From a virus (Duplodnaviria; Heunggongvirae; Uroviricota; Caudoviricetes), in IMG/VR virus record IMGVR_UViG_2713896902_000003, positions 1 through 31,452 of that record: DNA of 31,452 nucleotides. One strand, written 5' to 3'. This document shows positions 1 to 8,241 of the stretch, piece after piece; within the stretch, counting starts at the first letter, position 1, and each line of letters starts with the position of its first letter. Below the pieces are notes generated by a model, which was given only the letters and a program-made list of their open reading frames with translations, was not told the DNA's origin and ran no database searches. A program made the position numbers and the translations under genes.

Positions 1-1131
1 TCAAACGACCAGTTTTTTCCACTCCTTACCGCGTGCGTCGTTGTAAATATCGGTCATTTTTTGATTTGAATGGCCCAGCAAAATTTTGGTATCAATTCCC
101 TGTTCTCTGAACAATCGCTCTGATAAAGATCTCTGCTCATGGAAAGAGGGTGGGGTACCATTGGCACACCAGTTGTAATCTACAGAATCCCGGGCCTTTT
201 TAAATGCAACAGTTAATGTTGCTGGTTTAACCATTCCGCCGCGCTTAGCTGTCCCTTTCGCGTGATGGTGGTGCAATAACCACGGACTAAGAATGCAATC
301 GCGACAGGATGACACCACATCATCCAGGGTAAGATTTAATTTATCGCAACGCAGAGCCAGAGGGATGGCAATCCGGGCTCCCGTTTTTTGCTGTTCAACA
401 TGAAGATAGCTATCCCGGATATCCGAAAACTGCATTTTGCAAATATCCGAAAGACGTTGCCCTGTCATCAGCGCAAGCAACATGCCACGCTGTAAAAAGT
501 AACCATCTTTTTCCGCTGCGTTATAAATCATCATCCACTCATCAAAGGTCAGTCGTTGCCTTGATACCCGTACCTGCGGTTTTTTTGCCGACTCTGCCGG
601 GTTAAAGCCTGACGGGACATCGCCCGTTTGCTGAGCTTCCCTGAAAACATCGATCAATACCTTCCTGAAAATTTGTCCCATTCTGTTATGCCCTCTTGCC
701 TTGTATTCTTCCAGCACCGATACAATATCTTTTACGGTTATGGCATCTAATTGCCTGGCTCCAAAACGTTCATCAAATACCCTGAGAGGGGCCGCTTTCT
801 GTTTCAGCGTGTTGAGTTTGATCTCTCCGTTTTCATATCTTTCCTGTTGAATTTTTCTGTAACTATTCAGAAAAATGGAAACGGTTGATGAACCGCCGGT
901 ATCACTAATAATTTTTTCCTGCAGACTGAACATTTGTTCCATTTGTTGTCTGGCAAGACGGCTGTTCGCTTCTGCTGCAATGGTTTCCGCCAGTTTCTGG
1001 TCAATACTACCGAGTCCGTGATTTTTGCCTGTGATGGGATGCCTGTACCGCCAGTAAATTTTGTTATTTCTTTTGTCAAAATACGGAGATAATCCCGGAA
1101 CATCAGTTTTATATTTTCGAGGGCGAGCCAT
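1..1131 (-). CDS. int: Tyrosine-type site-specific integrase (phage integrase), 376 aa
   Basis: Complete reverse-strand ORF from the track; C-terminal region has the His/Arg/Tyr-containing pattern typical of tyrosine recombinases (HHHAKGTAKRGG, LLGHSNQKMTDIYNDARG); located at the prophage end directly downstream of an excisionase-like gene. Confidence 0.9.
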   Translation of the reverse strand: MARPRKYKTDVPGLSPYFDKRNNKIYWRYRHPITGKNHGLGSIDQKLAETIAAEANSRLARQQMEQMFSLQEKIISDTGGSSTVSIFLNSYRKIQQERYENGEIKLNTLKQKAAPLRVFDERFGARQLDAITVKDIVSVLEEYKARGHNRMGQIFRKVLIDVFREAQQTGDVPSGFNPAESAKKPQVRVSRQRLTFDEWMMIYNAAEKDGYFLQRGMLLALMTGQRLSDICKMQFSDIRDSYLHVEQQKTGARIAIPLALRCDKLNLTLDDVVSSCRDCILSPWLLHHHHAKGTAKRGGMVKPATLTVAFKKARDSVDYNWCANGTPPSFHEQRSLSERLFREQGIDTKILLGHSNQKMTDIYNDARGKEWKKLVV

Positions 1132-1357
1132 CTTCCAGTATCCTCTTTAAAGCCGGGTGATCTGTGGCGATCACTTCAGGCTTGCCTACCATTCCGACAA
1201 AGCGAGCCCGTGGATCCACTCGCCAGTGTCTTCCAACTTTTTTGGGGAGAGGAAATATCATTCCGGCTTTAGCATATTTACTTAATGTACCTGGAGTAGG
1301 GACCGGTTCACTGAATTCCTCTTTTGCCCACTCAGTGAGCAGAATAAGTCTTGCCAT
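1109..1357 (-). CDS. xis: Excisionase (Xis-like), 82 aa
   Basis: Small basic ORF overlapping the integrase start by 23 nt; N-terminal LTEWA motif and IFPLP...GRHWR segment resemble lambda Xis-type winged-helix excisionases (resemblance by memory). Confidence 0.7.
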   Translation of the reverse strand: MARLILLTEWAKEEFSEPVPTPGTLSKYAKAGMIFPLPKKVGRHWRVDPRARFVGMVGKPEVIATDHPALKRILEDGSPSKI

Positions 1358-1421
1358 GAGCGTCGTTCGCTAATCATGGTCGCCGCCACTATAGTTGGTG
1401 GGTGACGACCGGGGTTGAACA

Positions 1422-3755
1422 TTAAAAATCAGCCGGATTCGGGATCAGTTTTTGCCAGATTGCTGAAACTTGTTTTGCTTGGTGACGGGCGTCATCCAGT
1501 GCATTGTGGGGCACACCTTCGAATGGAATAGCCATTCTGACATCAAAGCCAATGGAATTTCCCAGTTCAACAATTGTGCGTACATCGCGATCGTTGCAGT
1601 AACGCCACGGGCAGGGGAGTCCCTGTCGTTCATATGAACGGCGTAAAATCACGTTGTCGAAATTGGCTCCATTTCCCCAGACCTGAACAAAAAATTCGCA
1701 GGAGTTTTCCGCAATAAATTCCCGCAATTGCAGCAGAGCATCATCTAACGGGATTTCATCGGTCAGAATGGCAGATTGCGCTTCGCGTGATTGTTTCAGC
1801 CACCACTTTATTGTTTGTCTGTCGATGATTCCGCCAGCAGTTTCCAGATCGATAGCTTTACTGAATTCAGGCCCCATATCTCCGGTCTGCGGATCGAAAA
1901 ATATTGCGCCTATTGAGATAATCGTGGCGTCGGGATTTTTTCCCATTGTTTCCAGGTCGATCATCAGGTGGCGCTGCATTTTGCTGGTGGATGTATTAAT
2001 TTGATGGTCGTTCACCTTAATTATGGAATTTGCCGTTTCGCCAGTTTTATGAGCGCTATCGTGGTGCTGAGCGCTGCCAGCGTTCTCCTTGTGCAGATGT
2101 TCAGCGCCTTCCATTTCCTCCGGATCTTTTTCCTGAGATTCATCCAGATTTTCTTCATCGAATGTTTCCTGGTATGTTGCGTTGCCCATCACTGGGCCAC
2201 AATCAGGGCAGTTGCCGCCGCCAGTCTGACCGCAGGCGGTGCAGGTTTTTTCTGATTCCTGTCGTGTCTCTGACTCGTTTTGTCGCGCATTTTGACTGTT
2301 TTGTTCAGCTTTTTGCTGGCTCTGGTAAACTGAATCGCAAGTCTGGATCCCATCAACCCATTTCGGATCATTCGGGTCGCTAATCCCTTCAACAAATTCT
2401 CCGCGACAGGCAGCCAGCACTTTGTCTGCATCGACAGAATTTTTGGGCGGAATGTTTTTCCGTGCTTCATGGAGTTCTGCCCGTAGTTCCTGATATTTCG
2501 CATCAACAGAATTTACCTGTGGCTGAGCATCCATCGACTGCGTGTCCTGATGATGTTCAGTTGTATCCGGTTCCGCTGTTTCAGGCGTTGCCTGTTTATC
2601 TTCCAGGATATCTTTTTCCGGTGTATGTCGTGCAGCAGCAAGAGTTTCCTTGCTGGGGTTCTCGTGATCAGTCTCCGTTAAGTGGGCGTTGATATACTCC
2701 TGAAGGCGTCCCGGGTAGAGATAAAGTTCAGGGTGAGCACTTCGGATAAGTGCAAAATTCGCGGCGCGGGAATAATCCAGAATACCCGGGGTTGCGCGAA
2801 GTGCTGCGGACCATTCTTTGAACGGACTTTCTTTCTTCCGGACGACTTCTTTTGCGCGACGATAAACGCTGCCCGGGATTTCATAAATATTAAAATCAAT
2901 CGGAAGTGTGGCCGCTGCAATCTCCACATCCAGTGTATCGAGGGTGTGTACTAAATTCGGATTGCGATCGGTTTTGTTCCCACCGCCAGCATTAGCACCG
3001 GAAGCCGTGCGGGTGATGCGTGAAACACGATTTCCTTTCATCCACTCTTTTGTCAGCAGACCACGATCGGTGTAGTCGGCGCCCAGGTATGCTTCGAAAA
3101 AAGCAGTTATCAGTCCCAGATCTGAATTACCAGGATTAGGGAAAACTTTGTCAGTGTCACGAACCAGTTTGTGGAGATCGCGAATCTCCAGCGGTTTGAG
3201 TTGCGCTGCTTTATTTGAGATGGCCAGCGCTGTAACTGCGGGGAGTTTTTCATCCTGTGTGTTATGTAATGCGCGCAGTTCTTCCCGTGAAACGTGCGTT
3301 ATCGGTTTTTCGCTGCTGTGCTGTGCCAGCCAGCGAACAGGCAGAATCTGACCTGAAATCGGGAGTAGCATATTCTCCTCAATCTCAGTCATATCTTCGC
3401 CGTTGACGTTGGTATTGTCAGTGCTGGCTGGTTTATCCTGAACAGAGGGGGAAGGGGCGATAAATACCATTGTGATGCCATCTTCCCCGCCTTTTTCATA
3501 GCGGTTGCAGAATTCAGTATCAAACACGCCTTCTGGCGGAAGGTCGTCAACAACGGGCAAATTGACGCGGACGGGTTTTTTAAAGTCGTCCTCATCATAA
3601 TTGTTATCATCCATTGCGGTAATACAGCGGGAGACAGCAACAGATAATTTTTTTGCTGTAGTCCAGAAAAAACCGCCTTTGATGCCGAGACGTTTTCTGA
3701 CTTTGTCATTTTTTGCTTCGCAATATAGTGCAAATTCTTCTTTATCAGTGCTCAT
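1422..3755 (-). CDS. Putative exonuclease, 777 aa; C-terminal DnaQ-like (DEDD) 3'-5' exonuclease domain, N-terminal two-thirds uncharacterized
   Basis: Long ORF; C-terminal ~190 aa carry exonuclease motifs (MIDLETMG Exo I-like D-x-E, later HNALDDA with His/Asp); a four-Cys cluster [16 protein letters not shown] lies upstream of the nuclease domain. Sits where lambda exo or Rac recE lies; related prophage proteins are often annotated exodeoxyribonuclease VIII. Confidence 0.6.
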   Translation of the reverse strand: MSTDKEEFALYCEAKNDKVRKRLGIKGGFFWTTAKKLSVAVSRCITAMDDNNYDEDDFKKPVRVNLPVVDDLPPEGVFDTEFCNRYEKGGEDGITMVFIAPSPSVQDKPASTDNTNVNGEDMTEIEENMLLPISGQILPVRWLAQHSSEKPITHVSREELRALHNTQDEKLPAVTALAISNKAAQLKPLEIRDLHKLVRDTDKVFPNPGNSDLGLITAFFEAYLGADYTDRGLLTKEWMKGNRVSRITRTASGANAGGGNKTDRNPNLVHTLDTLDVEIAAATLPIDFNIYEIPGSVYRRAKEVVRKKESPFKEWSAALRATPGILDYSRAANFALIRSAHPELYLYPGRLQEYINAHLTETDHENPSKETLAAARHTPEKDILEDKQATPETAEPDTTEHHQDTQSMDAQPQVNSVDAKYQELRAELHEARKNIPPKNSVDADKVLAACRGEFVEGISDPNDPKWVDGIQTCDSVYQSQQKAEQNSQNARQNESETRQESEKTCTACGQTGGGNCPDCGPVMGNATYQETFDEENLDESQEKDPEEMEGAEHLHKENAGSAQHHDSAHKTGETANSIIKVNDHQINTSTSKMQRHLMIDLETMGKNPDATIISIGAIFFDPQTGDMGPEFSKAIDLETAGGIIDRQTIKWWLKQSREAQSAILTDEIPLDDALLQLREFIAENSCEFFVQVWGNGANFDNVILRRSYERQGLPCPWRYCNDRDVRTIVELGNSIGFDVRMAIPFEGVPHNALDDARHQAKQVSAIWQKLIPNPADF

Positions 3756-3832
3756 TGATAAACCTCATAACCATTTTCAGGGTGAACAAATCCCTGCCAT
3801 TGCTGGCATATAAAAATAAAACCGGATATTAA

Positions 3833-4036
3833 TTACGGCGCTGTTTTAAGTCCTGCCGGGACTTCGTTATTATCCATGCGAATAACTTTATCGACCGGAT
3901 AGCAGTTGCCGGGAATTTTTTGCTCTGCTGCGGCAGCCATGCATTCTTTCATTGAGCCGTAAATGTCAATAACCAGGTCAACAGGTTCGCCGGTATTAAG
4001 AAAAACTGTCAGAACGAGTGCAAATGCTGCATTCAT
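3833..4036 (-). CDS. Small hypothetical protein, 67 aa, hydrophobic N-terminus (possibly DUF1482-like)
   Basis: ORF from track; start overlaps the stop of the upstream gene by 4 nt (translational coupling); hydrophobic N-terminal stretch AFALVLTVFL. Family name is a guess. Confidence 0.5.
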   Translation of the reverse strand: MNAAFALVLTVFLNTGEPVDLVIDIYGSMKECMAAAAEQKIPGNCYPVDKVIRMDNNEVPAGLKTAP

Positions 4037-4221
4037 TGCCAGTATCCTTTTTGCATCAGACGTAAACGGGCCATCATTGAGGCAATGCGTATCTCATTTA
4101 ATGATTCAGGCCTGTGCTTTATCTGGTTAATGGCATCCTCAATAAAAGTTTTATCACCAGTGATAACGCCAATTTCAAAACGAGTTTCAGGCGTAGTGGA
4201 ATTGAGTAATAACATTTCCAT
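4033..4221 (-). CDS. Kil-like host cell-division inhibitor candidate, 62 aa
   Basis: Small ORF in the leftward early operon at the position of kil/kilR; segment FEIGVITGDKTFIEDAINQIK resembles the lambda Kil motif as I recall it. Low confidence, memory-based. Confidence 0.35.
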   Translation of the reverse strand: MEMLLLNSTTPETRFEIGVITGDKTFIEDAINQIKHRPESLNEIRIASMMARLRLMQKGYWQ

Positions 4222-4237
4222 TATCGCGTCCTCAACA

Positions 4238-4380
4238 GTGAATTTTGTGATGTGGTGCCTTCAGGTGACGTTAACCAGTTAACAATTAACGCCGGATACA
4301 GAGAATCCACCCGTAACACTGTTTTTAGCTTTAACTGTTCCGCGTGTGCTGAGCCGCATTCACCGCATCACAAAATTCAC
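4238..4380. repeat. 20-bp inverted repeat pair (GTGAATTTTGTGATGTGGTG at 4238-4257; CACCGCATCACAAAATTCAC at 4361-4380) flanking a 103-bp spacer
   Basis: Read directly: the arms are reverse complements with one mismatch; located immediately upstream (in the transcription direction) of the kil-like start codon. Confidence 0.7.
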
Positions 4381-4788
4381 TTTAAAAAGGGCGGACATCA
4401 GCCGGACTTCAAGAAAAAACTGATGCCGCCAAAGGCTCCGTCGTTAACACCCGACATGGATATGTTGTGGCGGGGTTGTCACTTAAGCGTATGGTCAGCC
4501 TGACAACCCGGTGTCCTCAACGGGGAAGGAGTAGCCCCGCCATACTTACCGCCGCGCCATTTCGCGGATTACCACAACCGGAAGCGCACGGTCGACGAAA
4601 ATTTAACGACAGACCATTTATGAACTAACAGCCTCGTCGTGCGCTTTCGCGTTATGCCCTGACTTTTCAGGGAAAATTAACCAGTGGTAAACTGGTGCTG
4701 CCGGATGCTCACCCGTGTCCGGCGCATGCCCTCCACCTCCCCCGTGGAGAAATCCTTAATTACCAACCTTAGCTTCGTTGGTTAGCTA

Positions 4789-5007
4789 TTAACGCGGGTA
4801 TGTAATCATTCTGGCGATACTTAATGCCACTGCTTTTTCCAGATTGGTAATATCTTTTTCCAGAGCAGACAGATTTTCGGCCTGCTTAGCCCTGGCTTCA
4901 TTGGCCCATTTTAGGTCTTGCGCTGCCTTAATTTTCTGGCACATCCACTCATAAAGTTCATCATCGGTATAGTCTGGCGCGATGATGACGGGTTCTGGTT
5001 TTTGCAT
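4789..5007 (-). CDS. Hypothetical protein, 72 aa; first gene of the leftward early (PL-like) operon
   Basis: ORF from track, about 190 nt downstream of the OL-like operators; no arginine-rich N-like motif, so not called an N antiterminator. Confidence 0.5.
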   Translation of the reverse strand: MQKPEPVIIAPDYTDDELYEWMCQKIKAAQDLKWANEARAKQAENLSALEKDITNLEKAVALSIARMITYPR

Positions 5008-5194
5008 ACTGATTCCTCGCAGTGCTGTTTCCCCTTAACGCCGGGGTGGCGGAACAAAAACCTGCTGCATAGTTAAAGTTGAACCCCGCCGTCATGTTCA
5101 TATGCCTCGGGCTGGCTACTTAACCCCTGACCACTGCTTGGTAACTCGAAGTATTGCCCGGCGTTCTGTGGGGCGGGGTGGGTTGGTATGAAAT

Positions 5195-5245
5195 AAAGAA
5201 TACCCACGGGTATCTAAAAAGTAAATACCCATGGGTAACTTTTTG
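5195..5245 (-). promoter_or_regulatory. OL-like operator pair (TACCCACGGGTA 5201-5212; TACCCATGGGTA 5226-5237) overlapping a candidate leftward PL promoter
   Basis: Two 12-bp palindromes of form TACCC-N2-GGGTA, 25 bp centre to centre, just downstream of the repressor gene 3' end; on the reverse strand TTACCC and TAGATA hexamers with a 16-nt spacer overlap them. Confidence 0.55.
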
Positions 5246-5278
5246 GGTGTCTTAACTGGTGACTGGTTGTTTGGTGAG

Positions 5279-5698
5279 TTATGATGCGTTTTGTGTTTTC
5301 TTTTTACGGATTTCTTCGTAGATCATATTGTAATACTGTTTTTTCTCTTCAAGAGTTTTTAGTAAGTTATCCGCTTCACTTTCTGGCAGTTCGTCTAAGA
5401 GATCTAAAAAAATACGTTGTCGTGGCGTTAGAACCCTTGTTTCATAATTGGAGGCTGCGTTCGTTGATGATGAAACGATACCATCCATCCATCCTCGGGG
5501 TAACCCAAAGGACTCTTCGATAATCTCCACCATATCATCAGCGATCCGTTTTTTTCCTTTTTTCCCCTCTGGATACAACATTCTTGATACATAAGAAGGC
5601 TCGCGACCGATCTTTCTGGCCACGTTAACCGCTTTACCATCGCATTTCTCATCACGAATTTTGATGAGTTGCTGTCGTCTAAATTCATATTTGTCCAT
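5279..5698 (-). CDS. Prophage repressor, DicA/RacR-like (HTH, no LexA-type peptidase domain), 139 aa
   Basis: Divergent from a Cro-like gene with operator palindromes on both sides; N-terminal HTH-like segment (AVNVARKIGREPSYVSRML); C-terminal LTPRQRIFLDLLDELPESEADNLL resembles the DicA C-terminus as recalled; too short for an S24 autopeptidase domain. Confidence 0.65.
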   Translation of the reverse strand: MDKYEFRRQQLIKIRDEKCDGKAVNVARKIGREPSYVSRMLYPEGKKGKKRIADDMVEIIEESFGLPRGWMDGIVSSSTNAASNYETRVLTPRQRIFLDLLDELPESEADNLLKTLEEKKQYYNMIYEEIRKKKTQNAS

Positions 5699-5733
5699 AG
5701 GTAAATAATAGATGCGATTACCGCAAGGTAAAC

Positions 5734-5774
5734 AACCCGTGGGTATTGACTTTTGTTTACCTATGGGTATTCTT
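5734..5774. promoter_or_regulatory. OR-like operator pair (AACCCGTGGGTAT 5734-5746; TACCTATGGGTA 5758-5769) with candidate rightward PR promoter (TTGACT 5746-5751, TATTCT 5768-5773)
   Basis: Same TACCC/GGGTA half-sites as the OL pair, in the 101-bp gap between repressor and cro-like genes; -35 and -10 hexamers with 16-nt spacing overlap the operators about 27 nt upstream of the cro-like ATG. Confidence 0.55.
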
Positions 5775-5799
5775 TTGCCGTGTTTACTAAGGAGTAGCT

Positions 5800-6081
5800 A
5801 TGGAAGAATTAAGAATGTTTCTCAATTCTCTTTCGTCAGATGAACAGCGTATGTTTGCATGTGAGTGTAGTACTAGCATCGGTTATCTAAGAAAGGCATT
5901 GAGTAAAGGTCAAGTGTTAGGGGCATCGTTATGTGTCCTTATTGAGCGAGCCAGTAATGGTGAAGTTACACGTCAGCAACTAAGGCCTTTTGATTGGATG
6001 AATATTTGGCCCGAGCTGGAAGACACCAAAACGTTAACACAACCACTTTCTAGGAGCTTGATTCATGAAAATCAAGCATGA
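5800..6081 (+). CDS. Cro/YdaS-like HTH transcriptional regulator, 93 aa
   Basis: Small ORF divergent from the repressor; RBS GGAG upstream; HTH-like segment FACECSTSIGYLRKALSKGQ; followed by a YdaT-like gene as in Rac-type prophages. Confidence 0.6.
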   Translation: MEELRMFLNSLSSDEQRMFACECSTSIGYLRKALSKGQVLGASLCVLIERASNGEVTRQQLRPFDWMNIWPELEDTKTLTQPLSRSLIHENQA

Positions 6082-6490
6082 GCACATCCGCATGGCGATG
6101 AATGCCTGGGCGCGTCCTGATGGCGAAAAAGTTCCGGCAGCTGGAATAACCCGGGCTTATTTTGAGTTGGGTATGACGTTTCCTGAACTGTATGACGACA
6201 GCCATCCGGAAGCCCTGGCTCGCAATACCCAGAAAATTTTCCGCTGGGTAGAGAAAGACACCCCTGATGCTGTTGAAAAAATTCAGGCGCTGTTACCAGC
6301 GATCGAAAAGGCAATGCCACCTCTGCTGGTGGCCCGAATGCGCAGCCACAGTTCAGCCTGGTTTCGGGAGCTGGTAGAGACGCGGGAACGACTGGTGAGA
6401 GACGCTGATGATTTTGTCGCAGTGGCGATCGCAGGTTTCAACCAGATGAATCGTGGTGGCCCGGCAGGAAATGCCGTGGCGGTACATTGA
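6065..6490 (+). CDS. YdaT-like protein, 141 aa
   Basis: Overlaps the upstream cro-like gene; N-terminus MKIKHEHI matches my recollection of E. coli Rac YdaT; the YdaS-YdaT pairing is consistent. Confidence 0.55.
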   Translation: MKIKHEHIRMAMNAWARPDGEKVPAAGITRAYFELGMTFPELYDDSHPEALARNTQKIFRWVEKDTPDAVEKIQALLPAIEKAMPPLLVARMRSHSSAWFRELVETRERLVRDADDFVAVAIAGFNQMNRGGPAGNAVAVH

Positions 6491-6561
6491 CTGACAATAT
6501 TCATACCGGATCGCTTCCGGCAACTCGTGAGTAAAAAGATTCGGTATCAGAAGAGGTGAGT

Positions 6562-7653
6562 ATGGCTAACGCCTGGCTCAGATTATGGCATGACATGCCA
6601 AATGACCCTAAGTGGCGAACAATTTCAAGGGTGTCAGGACAGCCAATCGCAACGGTGATGGCGGTGTATATCCACCTTCTGGTTAGCGCGTCACGAAATG
6701 TCACGACATGTCACGGTGTGTCACTACGTGGTCACATTGATGTCACGACGGAAGATTTAGCAAGTGCACTTGATGTAACGGAAGAGGTAATTGATTCAAT
6801 TTTGCAGGCAATGCAGGGGCGGGTGCTTGATGGAGATTTAATCACTGGATGGGAAAAACGCCAAGTACTGAAAGAGGACAACGGCAATATTTCGCAAACC
6901 GCAAAATCTCCGGCAGAGCGCAAGAGGGCGCAGAGAGAGAGGGAAAGAAAGCGGGAACAAAATGGCGATTGTCACGGAGCGTCACGAAATGTCACGCACA
7001 TGTCACGACGAGTCACGACAGATAAAGATACAGATAAAGATACAGATCAAGAAGATCAAAACACTATGGTCCATGGCGTAAAAAACGCCACGAACCAGGC
7101 AGGGGATGTTCAGACCGTCAATCCTGGTCAGCCAGCAGGCACGACACCGGAAGCCGATTCAGCGTATGCGCTGAAAGCCGATTCGGGCGCTGTGCAGCAT
7201 GCGATGACCGCAAGGCCGGAACAATCACACCAACTGCAGCAACCTGAAGCCGATTCCGCCATTCAGCGGGAAGCCGATCGGGTAGTCCCGGAAAACACCG
7301 GGCAGCCTGTGGGACGAGTGGATTATCCGGATGTGTTCGAACAGGTCTGGCTGGAATACCCGTTGCGTGCCGGGGCAAACCCGAAGAAATCCGCTTTCAG
7401 TGCCTGGAAGGCCAGATTACGCGAGGGGGTGCCACCAGAGGTCATGCTGGATGGAGTGAGGCGTTACGCAAGATACCTGGCGGCTACCGGGAAAACAGGA
7501 ACGGAGTTTGTTCAGCGAGCGACGACGTTTTTCGGCCCTGACCGGAATTTTGAAAACCCCTGGTTGCTCCCGGTAAGCGGCACGAACAACCAGCGTTGTG
7601 TGAATCATATTTCTGAACCGGACACTGAAATCCCGCCGGGATTCAGGGGGTGA
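6562..7653 (+). CDS. Replication initiation protein candidate (YdaU/DUF1376-like N-terminus), about 363 aa, with origin-like iterons inside the gene
   Basis: Track ORF 6556..7653; ATG at 6562 preferred (RBS AGAGGTGAG upstream). N-terminal WLRLWHDMPNDPKW motif is typical of DUF1376 replication-associated phage proteins as recalled; lies where lambda O lies; contains iteron clusters. Confidence 0.6.
   Translation: MANAWLRLWHDMPNDPKWRTISRVSGQPIATVMAVYIHLLVSASRNVTTCHGVSLRGHIDVTTEDLASALDVTEEVIDSILQAMQGRVLDGDLITGWEKRQVLKEDNGNISQTAKSPAERKRAQRERERKREQNGDCHGASRNVTHMSRRVTTDKDTDKDTDQEDQNTMVHGVKNATNQAGDVQTVNPGQPAGTTPEADSAYALKADSGAVQHAMTARPEQSHQLQQPEADSAIQREADRVVPENTGQPVGRVDYPDVFEQVWLEYPLRAGANPKKSAFSAWKARLREGVPPEVMLDGVRRYARYLAATGKTGTEFVQRATTFFGPDRNFENPWLLPVSGTNNQRCVNHISEPDTEIPPGFRG
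6690..6750 (+). repeat. Iteron cluster 1: six GTCAC(G/T)-containing direct repeats at 10-11 bp spacing
   Basis: Read directly: gtcacgaaatgtcacgacatgtcacggtgtgtcactacgtggtcacattgatgtcacgacg, inside the replication gene. Confidence 0.7.
6971..7044 (+). repeat. Iteron cluster 2 (five GTCACG repeats at 10-bp spacing, 6971-7017) followed by AT-rich tandem repeat gataaagataca x2 (7021-7044)
   Basis: Read directly: gtcacggagcgtcacgaaatgtcacgcacatgtcacgacgagtcacgaca then gataaagatacagataaagataca; the arrangement resembles lambda ori (iterons plus AT-rich region inside gene O). Confidence 0.65.
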
Positions 7654-7674
7654 GAATTGCTTCTGTGGAGTCTG

Positions 7675-7788
7675 ATGGAGGATTTATGGCGAGAATTTTT
7701 ATGTCAGAGGTTCGCAGAGGAACTGAAGAATCGTATTGTTGAGCTTGTGCGTAAAAATGAGTGTATACCAATTTTTCAATTGGTATGA
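7675..7788 (+). CDS. Possible small ORF, 37 aa (MEDLWREFLCQRFAEELKNRIVELVRKNECIPIFQLV)
   Basis: Below the track's 60-aa cutoff; ATG 7675 is 4 nt after GGAG and 22 nt after the replication-gene stop; translation reads like an amphipathic helix. Speculative. Confidence 0.2.
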   Translation: MEDLWREFLCQRFAEELKNRIVELVRKNECIPIFQLV

Positions 7789-7914
7789 CGCAACATGCAG
7801 CAGGCGTATAAAGTTATGCAAAGAGAGAACAGACGGTGCAGTTAATTATCAGGAGTTGTGTAATTGTAGCAAAAAGTAAAAGATATTGTGGATTCTGGAA
7901 ATGAGGGAGGGGCG

Positions 7915-8115
7915 ATGTGCGAAATTGTGGTGTTAATTAAAATAGCGTTAACGATTGGTTGTATTGCTGCTGTTGTCTTTGGATTGATTGCATGTGTCAC
8001 TAGAAAAAATCCTTTATGTTTCATTAATTCATTGTCTGTAATGAAGTTTTTGGTGGCACTAATAGCCTACATATGGTTTCTTTGTTTTCTTTTACCACCA
8101 TGGGAGTGTTCATGA
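7915..8115 (+). CDS. Small membrane protein, 66 aa, two predicted transmembrane helices
   Basis: Track ORF 7888..8115; ATG at 7915 preferred because of the strong RBS GAGGGAGGGG 3 nt upstream; two hydrophobic stretches (IVVLIKIALTIGCIAAVVFGLIA and FLVALIAYIWFLCFLL); in an AT-rich moron. Confidence 0.5.
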   Translation: MCEIVVLIKIALTIGCIAAVVFGLIACVTRKNPLCFINSLSVMKFLVALIAYIWFLCFLLPPWECS

Positions 8116-8198
8116 TAAGGGGCATTAGTTATCAGATATTGCATAAGGGACTGTTGCTGAAGAGCTTGTGAGCTTTCCTTAATATTGCCGGTATTTTG

Positions 8199-8204
8199 TA
8201 TAAT
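8199..8204 (+). promoter_or_regulatory. Candidate -10 element (TATAAT preceded by TG) for the 164-aa moron gene
   Basis: tttgTATAATaatg read directly, about 38 nt upstream of ATG 8242; no convincing -35 identified. Confidence 0.35.
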
Positions 8205-8241
8205 AATGAAATGGGTCTGTGGGGTGGAAGGATGAAAGTTA

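Noticed and set aside
1445-3813. Eleven short track ORFs (62-117 aa) nested within or antisense to the 777-aa exonuclease gene
   Set aside because: All are fully or largely contained in the long ORF, which has coherent nuclease motifs; typical shadow ORFs.
4252-4503. Plus-strand ORF of 83 aa in the leftward-operon non-coding gap
   Set aside because: Antisense to the direction of early transcription, no RBS, overlaps the inverted-repeat arm; not called as a gene.
4789-5007. Possibility that the first leftward gene is an N-type antiterminator
   Set aside because: No arginine-rich N-terminal motif and no boxA/boxB-like nut hairpin recognized in the leader; left as hypothetical.
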